A DNA stretch of 64,000 bases from Occultella glacieicola (GCF_004353825.1 NZ_SMNA01000011.1:62001-126000); one strand, 5' to 3'. Positions 47,862-58,011 are shown, counted from the first letter of the stretch. Numbers and translations: made by a program. The notes: generated by a model from the letters alone, not told the origin.

Positions 47862-50633
47862 TTGGAGTCAGACTCGAAGAACGGTCGGGAGGTCGCGCAG
47901 CATCCGCGGCTCTTCGGCAGCGACCTTTCTCATGTTCAGGAGCTGATCCTCGACGACGATCGTTCGCGCGGCTGGTACCGCAACGTCGAGCAGCAAGCCG
48001 AACAGCTCCTGTCCACGCCTGCTTGTGAGTACCTGATTCCCGATGGCAAGCGTCTACTGGACACGAGCAGGGAGGTCCTCCGGCGAACCTATTTGCTAGC
48101 GCTGGCACACCATGTCTCGCGTCGAAAGGAATTCGCCGACCGACTCTGGCTGGAATTGCTGACCGCGTCGCGATTCTCCAACTGGAACCCAAGCCACTTC
48201 CTCGACGTGGCGGAGATGGCTCACGCTTTTGCAGTCGGATACGACTGGCTGTACGAAGAGTGGGACGCCACCCAACGAGAGCACCTCGAGCACGCAATTG
48301 TGATGCACGCTCTGCGCCCTGGACTCCAGGCGTACAGGGAAGCTCATCGATGGACGGTCCGCACTAGCAATTGGAATCTTGTGTGCAACGCCGGCCTCCT
48401 GATGGCGGCTCTGGCCATCGCCGACGTGCACGGTAATCTCGCACAGGAGGTGATCGACGCGGCGATGGCGTCCATGGCCCGGGCGGTCGCTGTGTACGGC
48501 CCGGACGGCGCCTACCCCGAAGGCCTGGGCTACTGGAGCTACGGCACCCAGTACCTCGTCTTGGGCCTCGCCGCGTTCACGACTGCGACGGGCATGCCTG
48601 AGCAGCTCAGTTCCGTGCCAGGTCTCGACCGCACGGCGAGATTCGCCGTCCACGTCACTGGTCCCCTGGGGTTGGCGTTCAACTACTACGACGGCGCGGC
48701 GCGCGTCACGGTGCCGCCGGCTGGTTTCTGGCTCGCGCGCCGCTTCGACGATGGCTTGGCGGCCGGGTTGGCAGCCCAAGGCGCCGATGAGCTGCTCACG
48801 GACTGGGATCAGCTTCCGACCAGCCTGCTGTGGTACCGGCCGAGGTCAGAGGTCGATCCCGCAACAGCAGGCGAGCCACTCGACTCCTACTTCCGGGCAT
48901 CGGAGGTCGTCACCATGCGCAGCGCGTGGCAGCAGCGAACTGCGGTGTGGCTGGCAGGCAAGGCTGGCGACAACGCAACCCCGCACGGCGACCTAGACCT
49001 GGGTACCTTCGTACTCGATGCGCTGGGCACCCGTTGGCTGCACGACCTCGGGTGGGACAACTACAGCCTGCCGGGGTACTTCGACTTCACGGGAGGTCAG
49101 CGCTGGACCTACTACCGCAAGCGCACCGAGGGACACAACACGCTGGTGGCCAACCCAGACGCCACCGGGGGCCAGTCGTGCTCGACGACTCTTGGCGAGG
49201 CGGCCGGGACGGGAACCGGGGCTGTGATCGCACATCAGAGCAACGCTTCGGAGGCCTACGTCGTGCTCGACTTGACCAGTGCCGATCCCGCGTACCGCTC
49301 CTGGAAGCGTGGATGGCGCCTGTTCGACTTCCGCAGGCAGGTGCTCCTGCAGGACGAAGTCACCCTGCACGAAGCCGGCGAGGTCTGGTCGTTCCTTCAC
49401 ACGTCGGCGCAGATCGACATTGCCGACGACGGGCGAGGCGCCGTGCTCCGCGACGGGCCCAAGCGCCTAATCGTGCGACTGTCGGATCAGACTCCGGGTC
49501 TACTCGTGGAAATGGAAGCCACCCCGATGTGGACCTCGCCCGCCCCTCGGGGACAGAGCACCAACACGGCGATACGGAAACTCGCGCTACGGGTCTCAGT
49601 CGAGGGTCCGGTCACCCTCGTCGTCCAATTGTCACCAGTAACCGAGCACGAGCCAGTACCCCCACCGACCTCGGTGATGCCGCTTGCGAACTGGACTGTG
49701 AGCACCGAACCCGTCGCGCAACTGGAGCGCCTCGCCATCGACGGAGAAGACGTTCCCGGGTTCTCACCAGAAGTTTGGAGCTACGAGATCCCCGCATCGC
49801 AGATCGGACAAATCCAGGCGACTGCTCCCGCCGGCAGCACCGTCGACCAAATCCGCGAGCCCGGAGGCGATGTCGTGCTCGACGTCCACGCTCGAGGTGC
49901 CCGGACCGGCAGTTACCGACTCCGACGACTCCTCGATGACTCTCCACAGGCGATGACCTCGCCGATCTTCGCGAGAAGTGACGACGGGAACGTCGCCGCC
50001 AACGCTTTCGACGGGACGGCGGACTCGTTCTGGCGACCCGGTACCGCGGGCCCCGAGTGGATCGGATGCGATCTCGGTGTCGAGACCGGGTTGGGTGCCG
50101 TCCTGATCGCTTGGCACGAGGGCGCGCGCGCTTCAGTCCAGTTCGATGTCGAACTGGCCGGAGCGGAGGGGACGTGGCAGCAAGTCTGGACCGGATCGTC
50201 CTCTGGTACAACAACAGCGGCTCAACGGGTGACCTGGCCACCGCGGAAGGCTCGTCACGTACGCATCGTGCGGCGAGATGACGGGCCCGCCTCGCTGTTC
50301 GCCGTCACCTCGATGGAGCTGCCTGGGCGCCTCCCGCGTCAACCGTCGCAGCTGCGAAGCACTGACATCCACCTTTTGGTGCCGGCCTTGCGGGCGGGCT
50401 CCGCCCAACAAGCTTCCGTTTCGTTGAGATCGCCGCAGGGAGGAATCGTCCCAAGTTCTGACTACACCGTCGAACTCATCTCTTCCGATTCCTCGGTTCT
50501 CCAGATCGCTGGTGACCGCCTGGCCCCAATCTCGCCGGGCACCGTCGTCGTGACCGCCGTCGTCCGAACCAAGGAGCGACTCCTGCTTCATCACAGCGTG
50601 AATGTGCAGGTGCAACCGCCACAGCCTGCCTGA
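47862..50633 (+). CDS. Heparinase II/III-like lyase with F5/8 (discoidin) and Ig-like domains; no evident signal peptide
   Basis: TTG start after GGAGG; motifs HFLDVAEM, SNWNLVCN, YPEGLGYWSY and HGDLDLGTF; discoidin segment AFDG..SFW..EWI. Confidence 0.8.
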   Translation: MESDSKNGREVAQHPRLFGSDLSHVQELILDDDRSRGWYRNVEQQAEQLLSTPACEYLIPDGKRLLDTSREVLRRTYLLALAHHVSRRKEFADRLWLELLTASRFSNWNPSHFLDVAEMAHAFAVGYDWLYEEWDATQREHLEHAIVMHALRPGLQAYREAHRWTVRTSNWNLVCNAGLLMAALAIADVHGNLAQEVIDAAMASMARAVAVYGPDGAYPEGLGYWSYGTQYLVLGLAAFTTATGMPEQLSSVPGLDRTARFAVHVTGPLGLAFNYYDGAARVTVPPAGFWLARRFDDGLAAGLAAQGADELLTDWDQLPTSLLWYRPRSEVDPATAGEPLDSYFRASEVVTMRSAWQQRTAVWLAGKAGDNATPHGDLDLGTFVLDALGTRWLHDLGWDNYSLPGYFDFTGGQRWTYYRKRTEGHNTLVANPDATGGQSCSTTLGEAAGTGTGAVIAHQSNASEAYVVLDLTSADPAYRSWKRGWRLFDFRRQVLLQDEVTLHEAGEVWSFLHTSAQIDIADDGRGAVLRDGPKRLIVRLSDQTPGLLVEMEATPMWTSPAPRGQSTNTAIRKLALRVSVEGPVTLVVQLSPVTEHEPVPPPTSVMPLANWTVSTEPVAQLERLAIDGEDVPGFSPEVWSYEIPASQIGQIQATAPAGSTVDQIREPGGDVVLDVHARGARTGSYRLRRLLDDSPQAMTSPIFARSDDGNVAANAFDGTADSFWRPGTAGPEWIGCDLGVETGLGAVLIAWHEGARASVQFDVELAGAEGTWQQVWTGSSSGTTTAAQRVTWPPRKARHVRIVRRDDGPASLFAVTSMELPGRLPRQPSQLRSTDIHLLVPALRAGSAQQASVSLRSPQGGIVPSSDYTVELISSDSSVLQIAGDRLAPISPGTVVVTAVVRTKERLLLHHSVNVQVQPPQPA

Positions 50634-50677
50634 TGCCCTGAGCCAGGGGGTGTCTGGACCTCAAGTTGTTGAGCGCT

Positions 50678-51871
50678 TCAGTCCTGGGTCTGCGGCCACC
50701 CACGTTCGACCGCCCGATGCGGTTCGCGCAATCGTGAGATGGTGCCCATCTCATATTCGTCGATCGCGTGCGCAATCCACCCTGCGGACCGTGCGATACC
50801 AAACATGACCTCGCTGGCACCGTGCTCCATTGATGACGAGTCGGCAATCATGCCGAGCGCCAGGTACACGTTCGGGGGCGGGAGCCGGCGACTCTTGAGG
50901 AGCGCCAGCATCTCGAACGATCGCTGAAGTCTGGCGTCTTCTGTTGCGAGCGGCTTGAGCAGCTTCAGTAGGTGGCTGGCCCTAGCGTCCCCTTGCGGGT
51001 GCTGTGGGTGCCCGAATCCAGGTAGCCGTCCTTCGTCCCGGAGTCGTGCACTCAACACGAACATGGTCCCGTGTGTGTCTCCGAAGGTGCTCAGCATTGC
51101 TTCAACGGCAGTCGCGGACGCACCGAGTACGGCACTGCTGCCCACTCCTAGCCCTGCGGCTAGAACACCGTAGAGGTCGGCGTGTGCCGACGCTGCGATC
51201 TGTGCGGCGTACGTGGACGGCGACAACCCGTGATCCGCGAGCAACACAAGGGCGGCGTTCAGGACACGGACCTGCTCCTCGTTGGGCGTGATGGTCGAAA
51301 GGCGTGACCAGAGCATGGATGCCAAATCAACATCGATCGGTTCCGATCTCTGAGGCATTGCCTCCACCAGAGTCCGCAAGAGCGGTCCCGCAGCGTGCGC
51401 AGCCGATTGGATACTGGAGTCGGAGCGAAACGGATCCGCGGCAGTGACGGCGGCAAGCATGACACGGAGCCGGTCAGAGGAGATGGTTTCCTGCGGCAAC
51501 GACGTACCCACTCGCCGGGCCACGGCCACGGATTCCGCGTTGGCCACCCATCCGACGCTCTCCTCCCACCGCCCGGTCCAGAGGAAGTGCGCCACCGACT
51601 CGAAGGGTTGCTCAACGAGTTCAGACACAGGTCTGGCCCGGTAGTGGAGCATGTCGTCCTTCAACGTGCTCAAACGGGAGGTCTTGCCAAACTCGTTGAG
51701 CGAGGGCCGACGGCCTTCCTGCAGCAATCGGTCCACGTCCTCAGGGCGAAAGTAACTGATCCTGCCATCCCGCTGCCGTGGCAATGCTCCACGGCTGACA
51801 TAGGCGTAGATCGTCTCGCGCTTGACTCCCAGCCGTGCCGCGGCCTGTGTCGCTGTCAGCAAGTCATTCAT
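50678..51871 (-). CDS. HTH (excisionase-like)-citrate synthase-fold fusion, probable regulator/pseudoenzyme
   Basis: N-terminal LTATQAAARLGVKRETIYAYVSRG; CS motifs ADHGLSPST, PGFGH and ARSAGWIAH are present; LHGGA is replaced by VLGAS and PNVD by PNVY. Confidence 0.88.
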   Translation of the reverse strand: MNDLLTATQAAARLGVKRETIYAYVSRGALPRQRDGRISYFRPEDVDRLLQEGRRPSLNEFGKTSRLSTLKDDMLHYRARPVSELVEQPFESVAHFLWTGRWEESVGWVANAESVAVARRVGTSLPQETISSDRLRVMLAAVTAADPFRSDSSIQSAAHAAGPLLRTLVEAMPQRSEPIDVDLASMLWSRLSTITPNEEQVRVLNAALVLLADHGLSPSTYAAQIAASAHADLYGVLAAGLGVGSSAVLGASATAVEAMLSTFGDTHGTMFVLSARLRDEGRLPGFGHPQHPQGDARASHLLKLLKPLATEDARLQRSFEMLALLKSRRLPPPNVYLALGMIADSSSMEHGASEVMFGIARSAGWIAHAIDEYEMGTISRLREPHRAVERGWPQTQD

Positions 51872-51914
51872 CTGGGTCTCCTCTGACGTCCCGCACCCAA
51901 GATAGCGGACCATA

Positions 51915-51938
51915 GTTGATTCATGACTCAATCTTGAC
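51915..51938. promoter_or_regulatory. Conserved 24-bp box, copy 3
   Basis: GTTGATT-CATGAC-TCAATCTTGAC between the HTH-CS gene and the divergent FAD oxidoreductase 2. Confidence 0.82.
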
Positions 51939-51997
51939 GCGACTTGATCAACTCTGGTTCGCTCGCCGAGACCGAACAACACCGAAGAAGGAGCAAC

Positions 51998-53395
51998 GTG
52001 GCCGAGCAGTTGGCAACGAGTCATCACGACATCGTGATCGTCGGAGGCGGAGCAGCAGGAGTCGCCGCTGCGATCGCAGCGCGCCGCAGCGGCCTCGACA
52101 CCGTGCTAATCGAGGCAGGACCGTTCTTCGGCGGCGAGCTCGTCAGCGGATTGCCCATCGACGGCTGTCTCAACGCCCGGGGTGAGTGGATCGTTGGAGG
52201 CGTCGCACGACAGCTGTTCGACGCCGTCGAGTCGGCCGGGAGCTTTGCCCGGGCGATGTCCGACTACCGCCAGATGTGGGCGGTGTGCGTCGATCCGGAG
52301 ATGCTCAAGATGAGCATCATCGAGGCATTGGCCGAAGCCAGGGTCAACCCACGGCTGTACCTCACCAGCCAGGATGTGGTGGTACGCCGCAACCGCGTCG
52401 AGGGAATCATCGCGGTAGGAAAGGGGAAGCGCTACCTCATCACCGGAGACGTCTTCATCGACTGCACCGGCGACGGACAGTTGGCTGTCTCTGCGGGTGC
52501 GCCCTTCGAATTCGGCGGCCGAGCGGGCGAGCTGCAGCCGGTGTCACTGACCTACCGACTCACGAACGTCGACTACAGCAAGTACCTGGACTGGGTGGCC
52601 GCCGAACCGGACCTCTTCCTCCTCGCAGAGAACCCCGCCCTGGGCTACGCCGGCAAGCGCGAGGCAGCACGTGCGGCGCGAGATGGCGGGTTTCCATTCG
52701 TCGCCCTCGATGCGAACGGAACTGTCCTTGGGGACGCGATCGAGCGTGGCGCGATGGACCCCTGCACCGCGTTGTACTTGTGGCCGACATCGCCAGCGCG
52801 CAACGAAGTTGGCATGAACACCACGCGATTGTCAGGGGTCGATGGCACCAACCCCCAAGAACTGAGCGAATCCCTCTCCACCCTCACCGCCCAGATCAAC
52901 CGCTGCATCGATTTCTGCCAGAAGAACATTCCGGGCTTTGCGGATGCGCGCCTTGCCGGAATCGCACCCCGAGTTGGGGTCAGGGAGACCAGGCGCGTGG
53001 TCGGCGAGTACGTCCTCACTGAGGAAGACGTGGTCGAGGGCAAGAAGTCTGATCGCGGCGTCGCCAAGGGCGGTCACCACGTCGACATCCATGGCGAAGG
53101 CACCGCACAAGTTCGACGGGCAGTGAATGATGGCCGCTCGTACGACATTCCCTACGAGGCACTCGTGCCCAAGAATATCAAGAACGTGCTGATGGCCGGC
53201 CGGTGCCTCTCCTCTACTAGGGAGGCCAACGGCTCGGCTCGCGTCATGGGCACCTGCATGGCGACTGGAGAGGCCGTCGGCGTGGCCGCAGCAATGATGG
53301 TCGAGGCTGGTCTGCGTGATGTCCGCGAAGTCGATGTCGCGACGCTGCGCTCTCGACTCACGGCAGACGGCGCCGTCGTCGACGGCACCAACTGA
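51998..53395 (+). CDS. FAD-dependent oxidoreductase (FAD_oxidored/PF12831-like)
   Basis: RBS AAGGAG plus GTG; motifs IVIVGGGAAG, FIDCTGDG, GVRETRR, YDIPYEAL and LMAGRCLS. Confidence 0.9.
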   Translation: MAEQLATSHHDIVIVGGGAAGVAAAIAARRSGLDTVLIEAGPFFGGELVSGLPIDGCLNARGEWIVGGVARQLFDAVESAGSFARAMSDYRQMWAVCVDPEMLKMSIIEALAEARVNPRLYLTSQDVVVRRNRVEGIIAVGKGKRYLITGDVFIDCTGDGQLAVSAGAPFEFGGRAGELQPVSLTYRLTNVDYSKYLDWVAAEPDLFLLAENPALGYAGKREAARAARDGGFPFVALDANGTVLGDAIERGAMDPCTALYLWPTSPARNEVGMNTTRLSGVDGTNPQELSESLSTLTAQINRCIDFCQKNIPGFADARLAGIAPRVGVRETRRVVGEYVLTEEDVVEGKKSDRGVAKGGHHVDIHGEGTAQVRRAVNDGRSYDIPYEALVPKNIKNVLMAGRCLSSTREANGSARVMGTCMATGEAVGVAAAMMVEAGLRDVREVDVATLRSRLTADGAVVDGTN

Positions 53396-53568
53396 GCAAT
53401 CGTGAATCAACATGCCGATTTGACCACGGAATGGCAATGATCGCGCGTCGACCCGGAGTCTCTCGGCGCTCAGCACCCCAATGCTTCACACCCAGCGGAC
53501 ACCAGACGGTCGTACTGCCACCGGTAGTCGAAATTGCTGCGCCGGTTCTCGAAGGGCAGGTGATCTGA

Positions 53569-54585
53569 ATGCCGGCTGTGTTGTTTCCTGGCGACGCAGT
53601 GACGTTGGCCGTCGAGATGGAACCGCCAGAGCCGACACCCGGTGAAGTGCTCATCCGGCTCACCAAGTCCGGTGTGTGTGGCACGGATGTCCACTACTGG
53701 CGCGAGACTCCACAACAGCGCGGGCACAGACGCGACGTCGTGCCGGGACACGAGGCCGTCGGCGTGGTGGATTGCGTGGGACCGGGTGTCGTGGCATTCG
53801 GACCGGGTGATCGCGTCGTCGTCGGCATGCTCCATATCGGCTGCGGGCGATGCCGAGACTGTGCGTCCGGAAACTACTCCCATTGTCTCGACAAGCAGGT
53901 CTTGGGACGGACCCTGCATGGCTCGTACGGGCAGTACGTGTGCGTGCCCGACCGAGCGGTGTACCGACTGCCGGACGCCCTGACGGACAGCGTCGCGGTC
54001 ATGACCGCGTGCAACCTGTCCACCGCTCACTCCGCGGTGCGCAAGGCGGCCTTGTCTGCTGGCGGCAAGGTCGCGATCTTCGGACTGGGAGGGGTGGGGT
54101 TGTGCGCGCTGATGGCCGCCGCCACACACGGCGTCGAAGTCACCGCCATCGATCCCATCGCCGGTCGACGGGACATGGCAGCTTCGTTGGGCGCGACTCT
54201 CGTGAGCGACCCAGAAGACTTCCACGCCTCGCTGGCCGCCGGTCACACACGTGGCTACGACGCCACGATCGAGTGCAGTGGGCACCCAGGTGCACAAGCA
54301 GATTCGATTCGGGCACTGGTCCCCGGAGGGCGGTCCGTGGTCGTCGGCGGTGGAGGTCGGTTCACGTTCCGAGCCGAAGAACTGCTGGCACGTGAGTTGA
54401 CCCTGGTCGGCTCCTCGGTGTGCCCCGCCGATCTGTTCTACGACGTGCTGGACTTCGCTGCCACACACCATCGAGAACTTGAGGGGCTACTCGGGCCGAC
54501 GTTCGGCATCACCGACGCAGAGCAAGCCTTGCGACACTCTGCCGACGGGGGCATAGGCAAGCCGATCTTCGACTGGCCGCACTGA
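53569..54585 (+). CDS. Zn-dependent (MDR) alcohol/polyol dehydrogenase
   Basis: Motifs GVCGTDVH, PGHEAVG, CGRCRDC..C and IFGLGGVG. Confidence 0.92.
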   Translation: MPAVLFPGDAVTLAVEMEPPEPTPGEVLIRLTKSGVCGTDVHYWRETPQQRGHRRDVVPGHEAVGVVDCVGPGVVAFGPGDRVVVGMLHIGCGRCRDCASGNYSHCLDKQVLGRTLHGSYGQYVCVPDRAVYRLPDALTDSVAVMTACNLSTAHSAVRKAALSAGGKVAIFGLGGVGLCALMAAATHGVEVTAIDPIAGRRDMAASLGATLVSDPEDFHASLAAGHTRGYDATIECSGHPGAQADSIRALVPGGRSVVVGGGGRFTFRAEELLARELTLVGSSVCPADLFYDVLDFAATHHRELEGLLGPTFGITDAEQALRHSADGGIGKPIFDWPH

Positions 54586-55205
54586 ACCCGATCCAGGACG
54601 GCCCGGACCCCGCTTCCAGTGCCCGAGCAGGCACCGCCTGACGCGGAGTTGAGGCCACCTGGACCTCGACTCACGGACTGACCGACCCGCACTACACGGT
54701 GCCGCCCACGTGTCAGGCGAGGTCTTGACCCGAAGTTTCGAAGAGAGCGACTAGGTGTTGAAGCGGAACTCCACCGAGTTCCGGTACCGACCAACCTCGG
54801 ATCGAGCGGCACCATGGAGCTACTCCGGCGGTTGCAGCCGCGGGTTCCCCGACAGCGCCCGATCCCACCCGTGACGCTCATGGACGGTCTTAACGTGGGC
54901 CTCGGCGTTCGCCTTGGGCGCCGACAATTTGCTGCAGGTCATGCCCGACCGAGCGGAAACGCTTGTGCCCGATGGATTTCCAGTCCTCTCCGAGCACTCC
55001 GTGAAAGCCGAAGAGAGGCAGACGATGCTTGCCCAGCGCTTGATCGAGTCGGCAACGGCCGCACGCAACTCTCGCTCGAGGGGTCGAAGTCCGCACCTTC
55101 CCGTGTGCGTCGATCTTGCCCCCCACGTCCAGCGTGGTCGCGCCGACGAGGCTTGTGCCGGCGCGCTCCCGTAGCACCTTGGAAACGACGACGGCTTGCG
55201 AAGGG

Positions 55206-56693
55206 TCAGTGCGCCACTGTGATGAACGTGCACGAGGCCGCTGGCAGGTGCAGGTCGCCGACGGATGTCGCGACGCGAGTCTCGTGCTCGAGAGCGTCCG
55301 TGCCGAGCGGTGACCGGTACGACTCGGCCATGGTGATAGTGCCTGCAGGGACATCGAGCGTTGCGCTCAGCGTCTGCTCACTGCGGTTGAGGATCGCGAT
55401 CTGTAGGACGCCGTCGGTGTTTCTGGTGGCCACGGCGTCCAGCGCTGGGACCTGTCGCGGAACGCTGCTGGGATCGACACGGACGGAGGGGTTGCGGCTG
55501 TGCAGGTCGGGGACCTCGACCTCGGGTGCGTCGATTTGTACGTCCATGCGAGTCCCGGTCAGGCGTTCCCGGTAGGTGCGGAAGATGGGAAACAGTGCTG
55601 ATCGCATCACGGTCCCATGACGGGCGTCGAGGACTGCGTTTCCGTTGACGAGGAATACGTAGTTCGCCATGGTGACGACATCCGCAGCGCGGAGCATGGC
55701 GTGGAACACACCAGCGACGAAGATGGCGTCGCTGCCCGTCCGCGGTGCCGTCCGATCCAGGCGAAAGGTGTCGTCTGCCTCCTGTCGGTAGTGTCGAATG
55801 TTCCACTCGTCGATGGCGATTCCGACTACCCGCGAGGCAGTTAGGTTGTGCTTGCGGACCAGTTGGCCCATCGCCTCGATCTGTGCCTCGAAGTGCAGGG
55901 GTGCCAGCATGACGGCTCGGCGTGCCTCGCTGCTGGCGGCAGGGTGCCCATCGCGATCGACTCTCGACCCGTAGAGGTGGAGGGAGAGGAGATCGATGCT
56001 GCTTCCTGCCACATCGAGGACCGTCGAATCCCAATCGGGGTCGGTGGCGCCGCTCGAGCCGACCCCGACGAGGCGGACGTCAGGCTGGTAGCGGCGGAAG
56101 AAGCGCGCCCAGCTGTCTAGCGTGTCTGCGTATTTCGCCGCCGTCATCCGCCCGGCCTCCCAGGCACCCCAGGTCTCATTGCCCAGGCCCCAGTACGCGA
56201 CGGGCCACGGATCGTGGCGCCCGTTGCGCATCCGCTCGAGGACGTCGCTCGTGGGCTGGGAGCCGGTGGTGTAGTCGAGCCATCGGAGCGCCTCGATCAT
56301 GGTGCCGGTGCCCATGTTGACGTTGATGTAGGAAGCTGCGCCCACGCGTTCGCACCAGTTGAGGAACTCGTGTGTTCCGAACTGGTGACTCTCGAGCTGG
56401 CCGCCGCCCCAGTGCCAGTTGGGTCGCACGGGGCGCCGCTCGAGGGGGCCGACGCCTTCCTCCCAGTGATAGCAGTCGGCGAAGCAGCCCCCGGGCCAGC
56501 GCACGACCGGTACCTGCAGCTCGGCCGCGGCAGCAATCACGTCCTCGCGGAGCCCGTCGTCGTCCATTAACCCCGGGTAGACGCAGTCTTCTACGTGCTC
56601 GAAGTACTGTCCGTAGATGTCGCGGTTGATCTCAATCGGTGCCGCGGGTTCCGCCACCGTGATCGTGCTGGTCAGAGTCCTGGCGTTGGTCAT
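55206..56693 (-). CDS. GH51 alpha-L-arabinofuranosidase-like hydrolase
   Basis: Motifs YGQYFEH, RWPGGCF, FGTHEF, WGLGNE and IAIDEWN. Confidence 0.9.
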   Translation of the reverse strand: MTNARTLTSTITVAEPAAPIEINRDIYGQYFEHVEDCVYPGLMDDDGLREDVIAAAAELQVPVVRWPGGCFADCYHWEEGVGPLERRPVRPNWHWGGGQLESHQFGTHEFLNWCERVGAASYINVNMGTGTMIEALRWLDYTTGSQPTSDVLERMRNGRHDPWPVAYWGLGNETWGAWEAGRMTAAKYADTLDSWARFFRRYQPDVRLVGVGSSGATDPDWDSTVLDVAGSSIDLLSLHLYGSRVDRDGHPAASSEARRAVMLAPLHFEAQIEAMGQLVRKHNLTASRVVGIAIDEWNIRHYRQEADDTFRLDRTAPRTGSDAIFVAGVFHAMLRAADVVTMANYVFLVNGNAVLDARHGTVMRSALFPIFRTYRERLTGTRMDVQIDAPEVEVPDLHSRNPSVRVDPSSVPRQVPALDAVATRNTDGVLQIAILNRSEQTLSATLDVPAGTITMAESYRSPLGTDALEHETRVATSVGDLHLPAASCTFITVAH

Positions 56694-56854
56694 GAGGTCC
56701 TTCTGGTTCACTTTGCGCAGCGGGTAGATGAAGGCTCCCGCGAAGCGAGAGGGACCTGCTCAAGACTCCGTCACTATGAGTCCGCCTCCCGCTGTCGCCG
56801 TACATCTAGGCGGTCTCAATCTGCTCGGCGGATTTGGGACGGCGGAACGCGCTG

Positions 56855-57184
56855 CTACTGCTTGAGCACGAGGTAGAGGTCATACTTGAACGCGGTCGCA
56901 TCGGGCCCGTCGATCCTCAGCCGCAGCCAGCCACCGAAGTGCGAGATCGGGACCCGGATGCCCTCGGCACCGGCTGGCAGCACGGCAGATGTCCCATGGG
57001 GCAGCCAGCGTCGTCCGTCTGCGGAGACCTCGACCTCCAGTGCGATCGGGTCGGGGCAGGGGACAACCGCATACAGGAACGCCGTGGCTTCCCCTGCCCA
57101 GGCGCACTCGTACGGCTCGGTGTGATGGGTGCCGGAGAAGTCGGCATGCCGCTCCAGGATCGCGGTGTGGCTCTCACGGATCAT
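56855..57184 (-). CDS. Small conserved-looking hypothetical protein
   Basis: ATGA coupling; motifs TEPYECAWAGEA, SADGRRW and HFGGWLRL. Confidence 0.75.
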   Translation of the reverse strand: MIRESHTAILERHADFSGTHHTEPYECAWAGEATAFLYAVVPCPDPIALEVEVSADGRRWLPHGTSAVLPAGAEGIRVPISHFGGWLRLRIDGPDATAFKYDLYLVLKQ

Positions 57185-58011
57185 CCGATAACTCCCGTCG
57201 ACAGCATCACCGAGTCCACGTAGAGGAAGGATCGGGAGTCGGTGTTCGCGTCCACCCAGAACCCGACGTTGAGCATCCCGCGCAGGTTGGGCCAGGCGGG
57301 CATAGTCAGCGGTTCGAGCGAGGCGCCGGACCAGACACGGTCGTTGCACTGGAACTCCAGGTAGCGCATCGTCGCCAGATCGAAGTCCACCCTCAGGTAG
57401 TGCCAGTTCTGTTTCGTGGCCAACTCGTTGTAACAGAGGTCCTGACGGCCGTCGGGGACGTCAGTCCACTGATCGTTTCCAAGGTGGAAGTGGGTCCTGG
57501 TCTCGGAGGAGATCGTCTGCGCGCGGCGGGGACTCGCCTTGTATTGCCATTGGTGCCGTGGCGGGCCGTCGCCGTCGGCGTTGAGGAAGCGCAGGTGCGG
57601 CATCACCCGGTGTTCGTCGTCCTGTAGGTCGAGGAAGATGCCAAAGCTGCGCACGTCACGGTCAGACAGCGTCATCGACGTCGCCTCCGGTTTGGAGGTG
57701 ACCCATCCCTCGACGCGGATCGGCTGCGCCCGCCGGAACGTCAGGCGCTTCAGGGCAACGGCGATGCTGTCGCGGCGGGCACGGGTGGCCAGTTTCATCG
57801 CGTAACTGCCATGCAGCGAGCCCGCGGTGCCGGTGTCCCACATGGTGAGGTTGCTGAGCATCGGGGGTCGGAAGTCGCGTTGCTCGGGAAGGATCGTGTC
57901 CAGCGAGCCCTCGTAGTTCCCGGTCAGCAGCGTCCAGCCCTGCAGCCCGCGGTCGAAGTCGTCGTCGAGCAGTATCTGGGATAGCGGCTCGAAGCCGTCG
58001 GCGGCGTTCAC
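57181..58011 (-). CDS. Hypothetical protein (DUF6772-like, tentative)
   Basis: GTGA coupling; motifs DDFDRGLQGW, PPMLSN, YAMKLATR and LCYNE..TKQNWHY. Confidence 0.7.
   Translation of the reverse strand: MNAADGFEPLSQILLDDDFDRGLQGWTLLTGNYEGSLDTILPEQRDFRPPMLSNLTMWDTGTAGSLHGSYAMKLATRARRDSIAVALKRLTFRRAQPIRVEGWVTSKPEATSMTLSDRDVRSFGIFLDLQDDEHRVMPHLRFLNADGDGPPRHQWQYKASPRRAQTISSETRTHFHLGNDQWTDVPDGRQDLCYNELATKQNWHYLRVDFDLATMRYLEFQCNDRVWSGASLEPLTMPAWPNLRGMLNVGFWVDANTDSRSFLYVDSVMLSTGVIG

Noticed and set aside
53392..53411. Fourth copy of the 24-bp box
   Set aside because: Only the GTTGATT half is present (minus strand); TCAATCTTGAC is missing
54586..55205. Gene or IS remnant between the dehydrogenase and GH51
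   Set aside because: No recognisable motif in the frames inspected; BLASTx would be needed
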